In this document: positions 1 through 8,682 of the stretch, piece by piece
Numbering within the stretch: position 1 is the stretch's first letter
How the letters are laid out: each line of letters begins with the position of its first letter
Origin: a virus
Taxonomy: Duplodnaviria > Caudoviricetes
Direction: 5' to 3' (one strand)
Virus record (IMG/VR): IMGVR_UViG_3300048999_000018
Location: 1 to 53,223 of that record
Length of the DNA stretch: 53,223 nt
Translations under genes and position numbers: made by a program
Notes under the pieces: generated by a model
The model's database searches: none
What the model saw: only the letters and a program-made list of their open reading frames with translations
What the model was told of the DNA's origin: nothing

Positions 1-106
1 ATGCACAGGGGGGTGTGTTTTCGCGAGACCCTCCCCCCTATACTTATATTAGAGAAGGAAGTCTCATGTAATTAATACTATTTATTCGATTGCGTGAGTA
101 CGGGAT

Positions 107-174
107 GAACCAACCAAAGCACAGTCTTGCGTGAGTATTGTTCACTCAACATCAAGAGAGGCTTTGGTTGGTTC
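107..174 (-). terminator. Long hairpin after the last gene
   Basis: 14-bp perfect arms GAACCAACCAAAGC (107-120) / GCTTTGGTTGGTTC (161-174) with inner TCTTG/CAAGA and TGAGT/ACTCA stems, just downstream of the stop at 184. Confidence 0.6.
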
Positions 175-183
175 CCGTTGTCA

Positions 184-453
184 CTAGGCTGACAGTCCGT
201 CAGTCGTCATGAGTGACGATGGATCAGCGATCTTTCGATAAACACCGAGAACGTTCTCACTCACGATCTCATCGATTGCTTGAAGACGAGCAAGCTCCTG
301 ATCAGCTTCTGATAGTTCATCAGATGTCTTGATCACTCTGGCAAGGAAGGCACTGGTGTTGTAGCCGGCGGCCATGTCCCATGCGTACCACTCATCGAAC
401 TTGGTGAATGGATTGAATGGATTGTCCACTGTTGTGAGCATGTAGTCAGCCAT
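184..453 (-). CDS. Small acidic phage protein coupled to the RNAP-like gene
   Basis: 89-aa ORF (LTTVDNPFNPFTKFDEW) overlapping the end of the RNAP-like gene by 8 nt. Confidence 0.75.
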   Translation of the reverse strand: MADYMLTTVDNPFNPFTKFDEWYAWDMAAGYNTSAFLARVIKTSDELSEADQELARLQAIDEIVSENVLGVYRKIADPSSLMTTDGLSA

Positions 454-3085
454 TCTCAGTCACCGCACTAAGGCTGCGCTTCAGAGTACTTACTGACACA
501 CCGAGAGCGTCTGCTACTTCAGCTGGGGTGTATCCAGACTGCAGCATGAGCACAGCTCTGTTCTTCTTGGTTGAGGTCATGAGGAGCTTGATCTTGGGTG
601 TGGCCAGCTGCTTGACTTGGTCAAGATCCGAATTGCTCAGGATCTGATTCAGTTTGTTGCTGCTGATTGCACCTGCCTGAATGGCAGCCCATTCTTGCTC
701 ACTGATCTCTATACGCTGCTTCTTGGCGCCTGTTCTGATTCGTGCCTGAGCCAGAGCTTGAGCTTTCAGTTTCTTAATCTCAGAAGCTTCCATATCTGGG
801 TTGGCCTTGGTCTTCTGGTCTACCATGGCGTTTGCCAGGATCTGGGCTTGTCTTTCGAGGGGGCTGTTCCTGAGAGCCAGGTTTAGATTGGCGTCAAGAG
901 TTTTCACTTCCTTGGCATAAGCGAGCTTAGCCGAAGGAGAGTAAGGAATGGGTTTGGTAGAAGCCGCTTCCTTACGTGCTGAGTTAGCCAAGGCCTTCAG
1001 CTTGTTCGAGTGGTCGGCATAGACCTTCTCAATGGGCGTACCAGAAGACAGGCTGTGTGCATTGTCGACGTTGCCCAGCTTTGTCACTTCAATGGTCTTA
1101 GTGACGAGCTTGCCGTGCTTGTCGACGAAGGTCTCGCCTGTGTTCTCGAATACCTTCTTCCCTGTCGCTAGATCGATGGGCCCACCGTTTGCTTTGGATC
1201 GGGGCTTACGATCAGGGATCCTGATTGTCGACGAGATGCCGGCATTCGAGATCAACGTGTTGGCGCCTGCTGTCTTTCCGCCTTGATACTTGGCTTTCAG
1301 AGCAGAGATGCCATTGTCGATGGCCGATTGCTTATAGTTCAGGTTATGCTTCTCAGCATCGATCACAACCATGGAGTGCCGAACTGCTGCAGCAAGCTCG
1401 GTCGTTGACGCTCCCTTAATGGTCATGTCGGTGATGAGATTGGAGACTTTGCCCATCTCCACTTGCTTCGTTTTGGGAGACATCCTCGGCATGCCATCGT
1501 AATGCGGGTAAGCACGCTGAGGGTCGAATCCCTTTAGCCCCTCAAGGGCAGGAGCGGTCTTTACACGGCCGCTATTGTTCGGGATGACCAGAACTGTGTC
1601 GCCGTCAAAGTCGGCCCCTGAGAGGCGTTCTGCGACCTTGCTGTGGATGCCAATGGCGTCCTTAGCATTACCCAGAAGTTTCTTCGCTTCTGGATGACGA
1701 TTGTTGACCGTAAGCTCAGGAATCTCGAAGATACCTCCATGAGGGTAGCGAACCAGAACAACGCGATCACCATCGCGATAGTTGGGCGCATATACCTCAC
1801 CCTCCTTCATGGAGTTGATTGGAAGTATGACGTGAGACCCTTGACGAGGAAGAGCCGCAGCCTTTAGGTGTACAGCCGCAGAGTCCACGTCATCGGCGTA
1901 CGAGTCGAGCAGACGCTTCTTTACTACTGGGTTCGTTAGAGACCTGATTTCGTCAAGCTCACGACTCTTGCGTTCGAACGTCATATCGAGCTGAGACTTG
2001 GCCAAAGCCGGACTCTGCTTCGACAGCATCTGAGAAGAAAGGCTCTTAGACCATTTCTCCCATGCGCCTTCTTCATTGACGATGTTCATGACGCCATGCT
2101 GCCGATCAATGAACGCACCGAAAGGGTTTTCTGGATCGCTCGATACCTCTTTCATGGCATCGAGTTTGTTTCCTGTATTGCTCTTGTTGGTGTTGAAGAC
2201 GAGATCCACGCCAGGAGGAAGGTCGTCTCGGTACATGGCCATACCCTTGAGATAGTGCGTACCGTCCACCGCGATACGTACTTGAGCATAACGGGATTCC
2301 CCGAGAGAAATGTCGTCTACCCCAGGACGAACATAGATAACGCCGTCAGCGTCCGCTCCGCCCTGTTCCGCATACCTTACAGATACACGCTTGGAGCTGA
2401 TCGGGGTCGGAGGCTTGATGTCGTTGTAGGAACGTCCACCGTCGTCCGAGAAGTTGGTGATCTGTTGGATCTTGTCTCGGTTCCGGTACAGCTCTTTGTA
2501 CTCTGTACCGGGAGCAGACAGAACCTTAACCGTGGTCTGATGACGCGTGCCAAGCTGTTCGATCTTGACGTAATCAACCTTATAGCCGTCTTCTTGAAGC
2601 TTGGCCACAGCGATTTTCAGTTTGTCATTGCTGATTCCGAGGTGACGCTCTACGCCAGCGCCGATATCGATATAGCTCTTTTGGGCGACCTGATCCCTGA
2701 GCATGTTCGACGTCGTTTCAAGAACGTCGGCTTTGTCCTTTGCTCCGTCGGCGAGGAGAGCACGAACTGAAGATTCGTTGACTCCCATTTGCTTGCCGAT
2801 GGCAACGTTGGAATAGCCCTTGTCCTTAAGGCGCTGAGCCATTCCAATGTCGGCTTGCTTCTCTGCAGTCTTGGCAATTGACTTGACGGCTCGAAGCTGA
2901 GTGGTCGTGATTCCGAAACCACGAGCAATTTCCGTCTCGCTCATGCCCTTGCTGTGAAGGTCGTCGACAGTGCTGAGGAACGTGCGGTTACGCTCGCTCT
3001 GGGTCTCGCCACTTCCCCAAGGATACCTTCCGGACTTCCGAAGGATTCCGTAGTGCGCGAGATAGTCGTCTTCCTTTACGATCAC
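446..3085 (-). CDS. Single-chain two-barrel (YonO-like) DNA-dependent RNA polymerase with terminal HTH domains
   Basis: ADFDGD metal-binding motif (D492-D496, nt 1598-1612), upstream RYP (R446), DG..I / QVR / KG motifs of the second barrel; HTH-like segments at the N-terminus (two) and C-terminus. Confidence 0.8.
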   Translation of the reverse strand: MIVKEDDYLAHYGILRKSGRYPWGSGETQSERNRTFLSTVDDLHSKGMSETEIARGFGITTTQLRAVKSIAKTAEKQADIGMAQRLKDKGYSNVAIGKQMGVNESSVRALLADGAKDKADVLETTSNMLRDQVAQKSYIDIGAGVERHLGISNDKLKIAVAKLQEDGYKVDYVKIEQLGTRHQTTVKVLSAPGTEYKELYRNRDKIQQITNFSDDGGRSYNDIKPPTPISSKRVSVRYAEQGGADADGVIYVRPGVDDISLGESRYAQVRIAVDGTHYLKGMAMYRDDLPPGVDLVFNTNKSNTGNKLDAMKEVSSDPENPFGAFIDRQHGVMNIVNEEGAWEKWSKSLSSQMLSKQSPALAKSQLDMTFERKSRELDEIRSLTNPVVKKRLLDSYADDVDSAAVHLKAAALPRQGSHVILPINSMKEGEVYAPNYRDGDRVVLVRYPHGGIFEIPELTVNNRHPEAKKLLGNAKDAIGIHSKVAERLSGADFDGDTVLVIPNNSGRVKTAPALEGLKGFDPQRAYPHYDGMPRMSPKTKQVEMGKVSNLITDMTIKGASTTELAAAVRHSMVVIDAEKHNLNYKQSAIDNGISALKAKYQGGKTAGANTLISNAGISSTIRIPDRKPRSKANGGPIDLATGKKVFENTGETFVDKHGKLVTKTIEVTKLGNVDNAHSLSSGTPIEKVYADHSNKLKALANSARKEAASTKPIPYSPSAKLAYAKEVKTLDANLNLALRNSPLERQAQILANAMVDQKTKANPDMEASEIKKLKAQALAQARIRTGAKKQRIEISEQEWAAIQAGAISSNKLNQILSNSDLDQVKQLATPKIKLLMTSTKKNRAVLMLQSGYTPAEVADALGVSVSTLKRSLSAVTENG

Positions 3086-3642
3086 GCCAGAGCCTCCTGT
3101 CTCAATTCTTCGATCCGCTTGTCAGAAGTGATGATCTTATCCATGATGTGAACGATCATGTCTGGGTCTGGATTGACGATGTCGACATCATCGCTCTGAT
3201 ATATACGCAACTCTATCTCGATCTGATGCGGCCTTTGGTGGTATTCGAGACAGAACAACGCAGTGTAGATGTAGAGCTGGTTCATGGACGATTTGACGAT
3301 ACCACTTTTGAAATCGTGGATTCGAAGAAACTTGTTACGGAAAGAGATCGCGTCTGTGGTCCCGTAACAATTATACGAGTAAAACAGAACTTGCTCAGGC
3401 GTCATCCCATACACGATGGCGTCGTTCACGTAGAGACTTAGCGTCGACCCATTGTCTGCTTGCAAGATTTTGAGTCGGATGGCTTCGTGAGCGAACGCGT
3501 GAAGTTCTGTTCCACGCTGGGCAGCCATAGCAGTCAAGAAACGAGAGTCCAGCTTCTCGTCGCTATAGTTGATCCAGTGGTAGTTGCTCGCGCTAAGAAA
3601 CGCGTGGGTGTTGGAGAGCTTCAAATGTTCGTTGAAGATCAT
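3082..3642 (-). CDS. PD-(D/E)XK Cas4/RecB-like nuclease
   Basis: GTELH...GTTDAI...IHDFKSG...QLYIY motifs; ATGA overlap with the RNAP-like start. Confidence 0.75.
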   Translation of the reverse strand: MIFNEHLKLSNTHAFLSASNYHWINYSDEKLDSRFLTAMAAQRGTELHAFAHEAIRLKILQADNGSTLSLYVNDAIVYGMTPEQVLFYSYNCYGTTDAISFRNKFLRIHDFKSGIVKSSMNQLYIYTALFCLEYHQRPHQIEIELRIYQSDDVDIVNPDPDMIVHIMDKIITSDKRIEELRQEALA

Positions 3643-3904
3643 CGAGTACTGCCTCTTGGTTCGAAGGATAGATAAACGCCGCGAAAGACATCTCGTTCAG
3701 CTTATGGACGTAGTAGTCTTGGTTTGGTTGAACGGAGGATTTCGCGCCGGCCTTAACTTCGAGCATCGCCCATCGGTCGTTGTAGAGAATCGTGAGGTCG
3801 GGGATTCCCTGCAAGTAGTCCGAATCGTTCTTCAGGATCACACAGCCTGGGAACAAGCGACGGAGCTCTTTGATGAGACGCGCTTGATAATTCCGCTCTA
3901 GCAT
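3593..3904 (-). CDS. VRR-NUC domain nuclease
   Basis: E..YQ, GIPDL, LEVK, QPNQ motifs in 103 aa. Confidence 0.8.
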   Translation of the reverse strand: MLERNYQARLIKELRRLFPGCVILKNDSDYLQGIPDLTILYNDRWAMLEVKAGAKSSVQPNQDYYVHKLNEMSFAAFIYPSNQEAVLDDLQRTFEALQHPRVS

Positions 3905-3953
3905 TGTGCAATCCTTTCGATACTAAAAATCAAAGCATATTCTACACCCTTCT

Positions 3954-3978
3954 ATTATAAGCAATGTATACGACGCGA
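3954..3978 (-). promoter_or_regulatory. Promoter-like repeat (copy 9) upstream of the nuclease-RNAP operon
   Basis: Minus strand TCGCG-tcgtat-ACA-ttgct-TATAAT; same spacing as the eight cassette copies but without the GAGACCCC tail. Confidence 0.65.
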
Positions 3979-3993
3979 CTTGGTATCTCTTTT

Positions 3994-4485
3994 TCAATCT
4001 ATGACCCGGAATCGCTGATACGTCGGCCACACAACCGTTTCGTCTATGAGCGACTTGAACAGGTCCATCTCAAGTAGTCCGAATGTTATCGCTGCTTCCC
4101 AAAGCGATTCGAACTTCTCGCGTGACTTCAATTCTTCCACAGCCTTATTGAAACCCATACGGCTCCGATTGAACTGTTGGAAGTACTTGATCGCAAACCA
4201 TCGCGGGCGCCAAACCAAATTGACTGCCCGATTGTTGAACCGATCCCCATCAAGATTGATTGGCGTGTCGAACGTGAGACTTCTTGCAGTCATGATGAAA
4301 GCTTCAGCTACCAGAATAGCTACAGACCTCTTGTACTGAATTCCTTCTTTCCTGAGGCCTACGTTTACTATTCCTCTCTGGTTGCTAGTCTGCCGCATCA
4401 TGCGTCCAGTCTCGTCGTTCATGACGAATCCTGAGTTACTCACAGAGTAACCCGGGAAACTCAATATTGTTCTCCACTCATCCAT
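3994..4485 (-). CDS. NUMOD4/HNH-family protein with degenerate active site
   Basis: EWR.I..F.GYSVSN.G NUMOD4 start; INLDGDRFNNRAVNLVW lacks the His expected before DG. Confidence 0.7.
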   Translation of the reverse strand: MDEWRTILSFPGYSVSNSGFVMNDETGRMMRQTSNQRGIVNVGLRKEGIQYKRSVAILVAEAFIMTARSLTFDTPINLDGDRFNNRAVNLVWRPRWFAIKYFQQFNRSRMGFNKAVEELKSREKFESLWEAAITFGLLEMDLFKSLIDETVVWPTYQRFRVID

Positions 4486-4544
4486 TCAAGGACCCCCTGA
4501 TCGCTGTGCTTTGTACTGCGGCTCTTTACATTAGGACAAACTAG

Positions 4545-4747
4545 GACACTTTGCGACGCTTTGCGACAAAACGATTTCCTCCGTCACTTTTGAAGAAAAT
4601 CGAGAAAAACTTTTTTAATTTTTGCAACTTGGTATCTCTTTTTAAATTTCCCTATATAAAAGAGATACCAAGTTAACCATTAAGGGTAGTTTTCTCGAAA
4701 AAAGTGGCAAAGTGACGTCGCTTATATCACCCTTCTTGCAAAGTGTC
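4545..4747. repeat. Nested inverted repeats in an AT-rich intergenic region (putative replication origin)
   Basis: Perfect 17-bp IR 4626-4642/4658-4674 plus outer pairs 4600-4608/4690-4698, 4582-4590/4709-4717 and 4545-4554/4738-4747. Confidence 0.7.
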
Positions 4748-4850
4748 GCAAAATGTCTCTTTTGTTCTCTGCCCTATTATGTCCCATTACAGCATATCTT
4801 GCCCTAGTTGATATGCTGATCGCCCCATTGTGCCCTCATACGTCCCTATA

Positions 4851-6023
4851 TCAACCCTTATAGCCTCCGACGAACTTTGCCTCGTTGAAATTGCGTTTTT
4901 GGCCCAAAGATCGGGCAACAATTTTGTCAATTTCAGAAACGCCGAGAAGTCGGTAGTACCAAAGATCGAAATAGGGTGTATTCAACCTATCTATCCTACC
5001 GTGGGCTTGATGCCATAGAATGTACGAATATGTCTGCGAGTAAAAAACCATCGCATCGGTCGTCGTACAGTTCCATCCCTCTGCCCCAGCAGTGTATTGA
5101 ACCAGATATACCCACCTCTGAGTGTCCGGAATGTCCTGATGTTTATGGCCGTTCCATTCGGCGACTGTGACTGAATCCGAAAGTGTTCGAAGAGCATCCA
5201 GCTCGTAATTGAAGTTGTAGAACACGATCAATCGAGGATGCTTCACCAATAGTTTACGGACAGCCTCAAGGCGAGAAGGATGCGAATAAGCCACCCTTCT
5301 CATGAGTCTGAAGAGCTCCGCAACATCCTTCACAGGACGGTCCTCATAGGGGTTCCAACGCCCCTTCAAGACACGGTCGAACATATCCTTGTCGTATTCT
5401 ACGGGGACGTCTACGGCCCTTCTGGTGGTGTGCATGAGGTATGGCATCTCGACCAAGAGAGAGTCCCTGAGTCTCCTCAACTTCGAGACACCTACGTAGT
5501 GATCGATCTTCGGGAACTTGACGTACGGAGCGTACACAACGTGCTCTTCTACGAATTGAGTCCTGTTCTTAAAGAACCCATTCGCAATAAAGACAGGCAC
5601 ATAGTGCAGCCAATTATCTCCGGGGGTAGCGGTGAGCAAGATCCAGTTATTCCGCTTCGCAATGAAGATGAATGCCTTAGCCCACTCACCGCTACCTACA
5701 AGTCGCTGTTCGTCGAAGATGAAAAACGCTCCCTTAACGTTCTTGTACTTCATGATGTTGTTCCACGAGTCGATCCTCAACACACCCGCTGTAGTGGCTT
5801 CACGTGACTTGTAGACGCCATAGCGGACGAACTCCTTCTCCCAATCAAGGGAGTCTCTCTTCTTCGCTGTGGTGATCACGTAGACGTCTTTAGGGGCTTC
5901 CTTGGCCATGTAATAAGCCGCAGACGTCAACGATTTCCCCGAACCCACACCACCATGAAGGATAGAGCCGTTCTTCAACTTCTCGACTGCATCCTTCTGA
6001 TGTGGGTACAGGTCTACAGGCAT
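4851..6023 (-). CDS. Superfamily 2 (SNF2-like) DNA helicase
   Basis: LYPHQ Q-motif, GVGSGKS Walker A, IFDEQ Walker [19 protein letters not shown]. Confidence 0.9.
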   Translation of the reverse strand: MPVDLYPHQKDAVEKLKNGSILHGGVGSGKSLTSAAYYMAKEAPKDVYVITTAKKRDSLDWEKEFVRYGVYKSREATTAGVLRIDSWNNIMKYKNVKGAFFIFDEQRLVGSGEWAKAFIFIAKRNNWILLTATPGDNWLHYVPVFIANGFFKNRTQFVEEHVVYAPYVKFPKIDHYVGVSKLRRLRDSLLVEMPYLMHTTRRAVDVPVEYDKDMFDRVLKGRWNPYEDRPVKDVAELFRLMRRVAYSHPSRLEAVRKLLVKHPRLIVFYNFNYELDALRTLSDSVTVAEWNGHKHQDIPDTQRWVYLVQYTAGAEGWNCTTTDAMVFYSQTYSYILWHQAHGRIDRLNTPYFDLWYYRLLGVSEIDKIVARSLGQKRNFNEAKFVGGYKG

Positions 6024-6026
6024 TTG

Positions 6027-6209
6027 TTACTCCTGGGTGTGGCTCTCAGGCTCCTTGAAGAAGTCGCCATACTCGTCCACGATGTCTTGCACAAGCGGGC
6101 GTTGCCCCTCCACTGAGCGCTTCCTCGCCGGCCTGACTATGATATAGGGATCCGCGTTCCGGCTTCGTTGTTCCAATTCACGAGCCAGTTCATCGAGTAT
6201 CTCTGACAC
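6027..6209 (-). CDS. Hypothetical protein
   Basis: 60-aa ORF tightly packed between neighbours, AAGGA RBS. Confidence 0.55.
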   Translation of the reverse strand: MSEILDELARELEQRSRNADPYIIVRPARKRSVEGQRPLVQDIVDEYGDFFKEPESHTQE

Positions 6210-6223
6210 GATCGTTCCTTCTA

Positions 6224-6778
6224 TCAGTAGAAGAGCTTGATGATGTTGTAGGCTACTTCTTCCGAGATCTCCTTTTCGCTAGAATCCGATACAGGAGCCT
6301 CGCGCAAAGCCTTGTAGACCATCGCAAGAACTTTATCGTTACGAGCATGGATCTCCGGATTTGTGTGGTGCTCTCTCTGCATACGATCAGCGATGCTGTC
6401 AACCACTTCTTCGCCAACAGATATGTCTCTACCGCTGGTGTCGATGCCCACATGCTCAAGTAGACCTCGAATGCCTTGAACCCCCTTACACGAATCAGTG
6501 CATGCGTGATCGTCCTTGGGCTTCTCGAACGTATACTTGAACAGCTTGTTGGTGTATCGCTTGAACTTTCCGCCCATCCAAGTAAGCCAATCACCGACGT
6601 AAACCTGAGCCCTTACGTCATCAGGACCTTCGACGATCTCGAAATGGTTTTTATAACCACTCGCGAAATGACGTCTCTTCACCTCGCTGTTCATCATCTT
6701 AGCGACTTCGCCTATGTTCTCTTCCGTGATCCGTACTGCTCGGATCCTGAAAGACCTACGAACGTAGTCCTCAAGCAC
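6224..6778 (-). CDS. Hypothetical protein, 'EA.Q.T.EN...GDW' family with shared C-terminal helical tail
   Basis: Similar to 8239-8682 and 8679-9110; GGGGAG RBS. Confidence 0.7.
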   Translation of the reverse strand: MLEDYVRRSFRIRAVRITEENIGEVAKMMNSEVKRRHFASGYKNHFEIVEGPDDVRAQVYVGDWLTWMGGKFKRYTNKLFKYTFEKPKDDHACTDSCKGVQGIRGLLEHVGIDTSGRDISVGEEVVDSIADRMQREHHTNPEIHARNDKVLAMVYKALREAPVSDSSEKEISEEVAYNIIKLFY

Positions 6779-6781
6779 GCT

Positions 6782-7387
6782 CTACTCCCCCTCGTTCTTC
6801 TCGAAGTAGCCGCGGAAGTCCATGGCTTGAGTCTCGTCGAGCTTCTTAACGAGTTCCTTCTTCCGCAAGTGATGCTCAGCTTCATTCTCCAAGTCAGCCT
6901 CATTCAAGGACTTCACGGTGTACTCGGGAGTGAGAGACTCCGCATCGAATGACGGGCGTTCAAGTCCCTCCACAGTCAGCGTGATAGACCCGTCATCGTT
7001 CCGATGTGCATCCCTCAGACCCATAAAGGCAGCGTTGGGGTAATCCGAAGCGAACTTGGTCTTGGCATACTCCGTGAGTTCTCTCGCCATGATCTTGATG
7101 GCGGTGGTCTCTTCCACAACCTTGGGGTCGACGATGTATCCAGCAGCACGCTCTTCGTGATTCCCCACCAGATACTCTGGCTCCACCTTGGCGAGGAATG
7201 AGTCAGTGGGCGTCAAAACTTCCCCCGTGCTGGTTCTGGTGTACTCCGGCTCTTCATCTTCCTGCTTCAAGGCGATGTTTTTTCTGAGAGTCTTGGCGTC
7301 CACGTGCGGTTCCATCAAGGGGTTCTTGTGGCTCCGACGGGAATTGAACTCATCCATCAGCGCGTCGTATATAGGAGTCTCGGACAT
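6782..7387 (-). CDS. Hypothetical acidic protein
   Basis: Start moved to MSETPIY after AAGGA RBS; the upstream in-frame extension overlaps a hairpin. Confidence 0.65.
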   Translation of the reverse strand: MSETPIYDALMDEFNSRRSHKNPLMEPHVDAKTLRKNIALKQEDEEPEYTRTSTGEVLTPTDSFLAKVEPEYLVGNHEERAAGYIVDPKVVEETTAIKIMARELTEYAKTKFASDYPNAAFMGLRDAHRNDDGSITLTVEGLERPSFDAESLTPEYTVKSLNEADLENEAEHHLRKKELVKKLDETQAMDFRGYFEKNEGE

Positions 7388-7418
7388 GAGCGTTCCTTTC
7401 CAACGAGATTCGAGTGAT

Positions 7419-7494
7419 AAACAAAATACAGGATTAGGGCGGGGCAAGAGACCCAGTTAAGGATCCCCTACCCCATCGCCCCATACCCCTGTAT
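7419..7494 (-). terminator. Long hairpin with TTAAC loop and U-rich tail
   Basis: Minus ATACAGG..GGGATCC-TTAACT-GGGTCTC..CCTGTAT-TTTGTTT directly after the stop at 7494. Confidence 0.6.
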
Positions 7495-7688
7495 CAGTTC
7501 AGACGATCTTCCAGGTTGTTGACCTCGCGCGCAGCTTCTTCTCTGGAAATCGTTTCGACGATGTTGATCATCGTGTCTTCGATTTTCGGATAGTGTGTCC
7601 CATAAGGCAACTTCTCAACAACGTTGCCCAGAAACGCAGCGAGTTCTGTCCGAACGATTCTACGAACGTCTTCTTCGTTCAAACTCAT
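7494..7688 (-). CDS. Hypothetical protein
   Basis: 64-aa ORF in operon context, GAGGGG RBS. Confidence 0.6.
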   Translation of the reverse strand: MSLNEEDVRRIVRTELAAFLGNVVEKLPYGTHYPKIEDTMINIVETISREEAAREVNNLEDRLN

Positions 7689-7698
7689 CGGAAACCCC

Positions 7699-8004
7699 TC
7701 AGATGATCTTCGTGATCTTCTGGGCTATCTCAGTCGCGACGTAACCCATGTTCGATGTATCGCCGTAATACGAGGCCGCGTCCTGCTTCTCCATGGCCTC
7801 TTTCACCAACTCCAGAACCCAGAGGTACTTCTTCTTGTTGATGTACTCCGAGACCGATACGACACCCATGGAGTACCCGTAGCACACCTTGTGAGCAGAC
7901 AAGTCCAGCTTCTTCGGGTTCTCCTTCAACCACTTCTCAGTCTCTTCCGGCGTACCGTTGAAGACGGGCTTCATGCGATCGTCGAGCACAGCATCGAAGT
8001 ACAT
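7699..8004 (-). CDS. Hypothetical protein ('VLD..MKP.F.GT..E...W' domain + shared C-terminal tail)
   Basis: N-terminus similar to 26487-26681 and 23169-23363; C-terminus similar to 8239-8682. Confidence 0.7.
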   Translation of the reverse strand: MYFDAVLDDRMKPVFNGTPEETEKWLKENPKKLDLSAHKVCYGYSMGVVSVSEYINKKKYLWVLELVKEAMEKQDAASYYGDTSNMGYVATEIAQKITKII

Positions 8005-8017
8005 TGCTTCCCCTCGT

Positions 8018-8239
8018 TCAGTTCTGCATGATCTTTATAGTCCTGTCGATGTATTCCTTTACCATCGCGAGCTCATTCTTCGCGGATTTAGGCTCCACCG
8101 ACAAAAACTCAGTGACCAGGTCCCAGAGAGCGTTGTACTTCAACGCCTCGTCCCAATAGTCTTCGAGTTCGTCCTTCGCTCTTAACGCCCTCAGCATCTT
8201 CACGAAGGCCTCATGCTCAGATTTGTACTTCTTGGCCAT
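8018..8239 (-). CDS. Hypothetical protein
   Basis: Start MAKKYK at a TGATG overlap with the upstream stop. Confidence 0.6.
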   Translation of the reverse strand: MAKKYKSEHEAFVKMLRALRAKDELEDYWDEALKYNALWDLVTEFLSVEPKSAKNELAMVKEYIDRTIKIMQN

Positions 8240-8682
8240 CAGAGAAGGATCTCGAAGATCTGGTGAGTGATCTCCTCGTCGACGCCGTCCATGATCCGAG
8301 ACTCGCCGTGGTAGGTTGCCACGTCCTGACGGGACATCGCGTCTTTCACGAGCTTCAGGACTGCCTCGAACTTGTTCTCGTCCGTGGGCTCGAAGGAGAT
8401 CCCGAAACCCTTCTTGGTGTACACCGCAAAGCCCTGACCGGTCTTCACAACCCAGCTGTTGACGAACGCCTGGTCGGGCCTGAACGTCTTGGCCTTCGAC
8501 AGGACGACGGGGACCTGGATGTACCAAACCGGAGTGTCAGAGGCGTTGTAGCGAGGAAGGTCTCGTGCATCCTTCTTGGTGCCACCGCACCACTCAGCGA
8601 CCTCAGCCATGTTCTCCGCGGTGACCTGTATCGCCTCGACGTTGAACGACTTACGAGTGAACTTGCCCGTGACGATGCTCAT
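8239..8682 (-). CDS. Hypothetical protein, 'EA.Q.T.EN' family
   Basis: Tandem paralogue of 8679-9110. Confidence 0.75.
   Translation of the reverse strand: MSIVTGKFTRKSFNVEAIQVTAENMAEVAEWCGGTKKDARDLPRYNASDTPVWYIQVPVVLSKAKTFRPDQAFVNSWVVKTGQGFAVYTKKGFGISFEPTDENKFEAVLKLVKDAMSRQDVATYHGESRIMDGVDEEITHQIFEILL

Noticed and set aside
3082-3642. Cas4-like gene as evidence of a CRISPR-Cas system
   Set aside because: No other cas genes or array; stand-alone PD-(D/E)XK nucleases are common in phages
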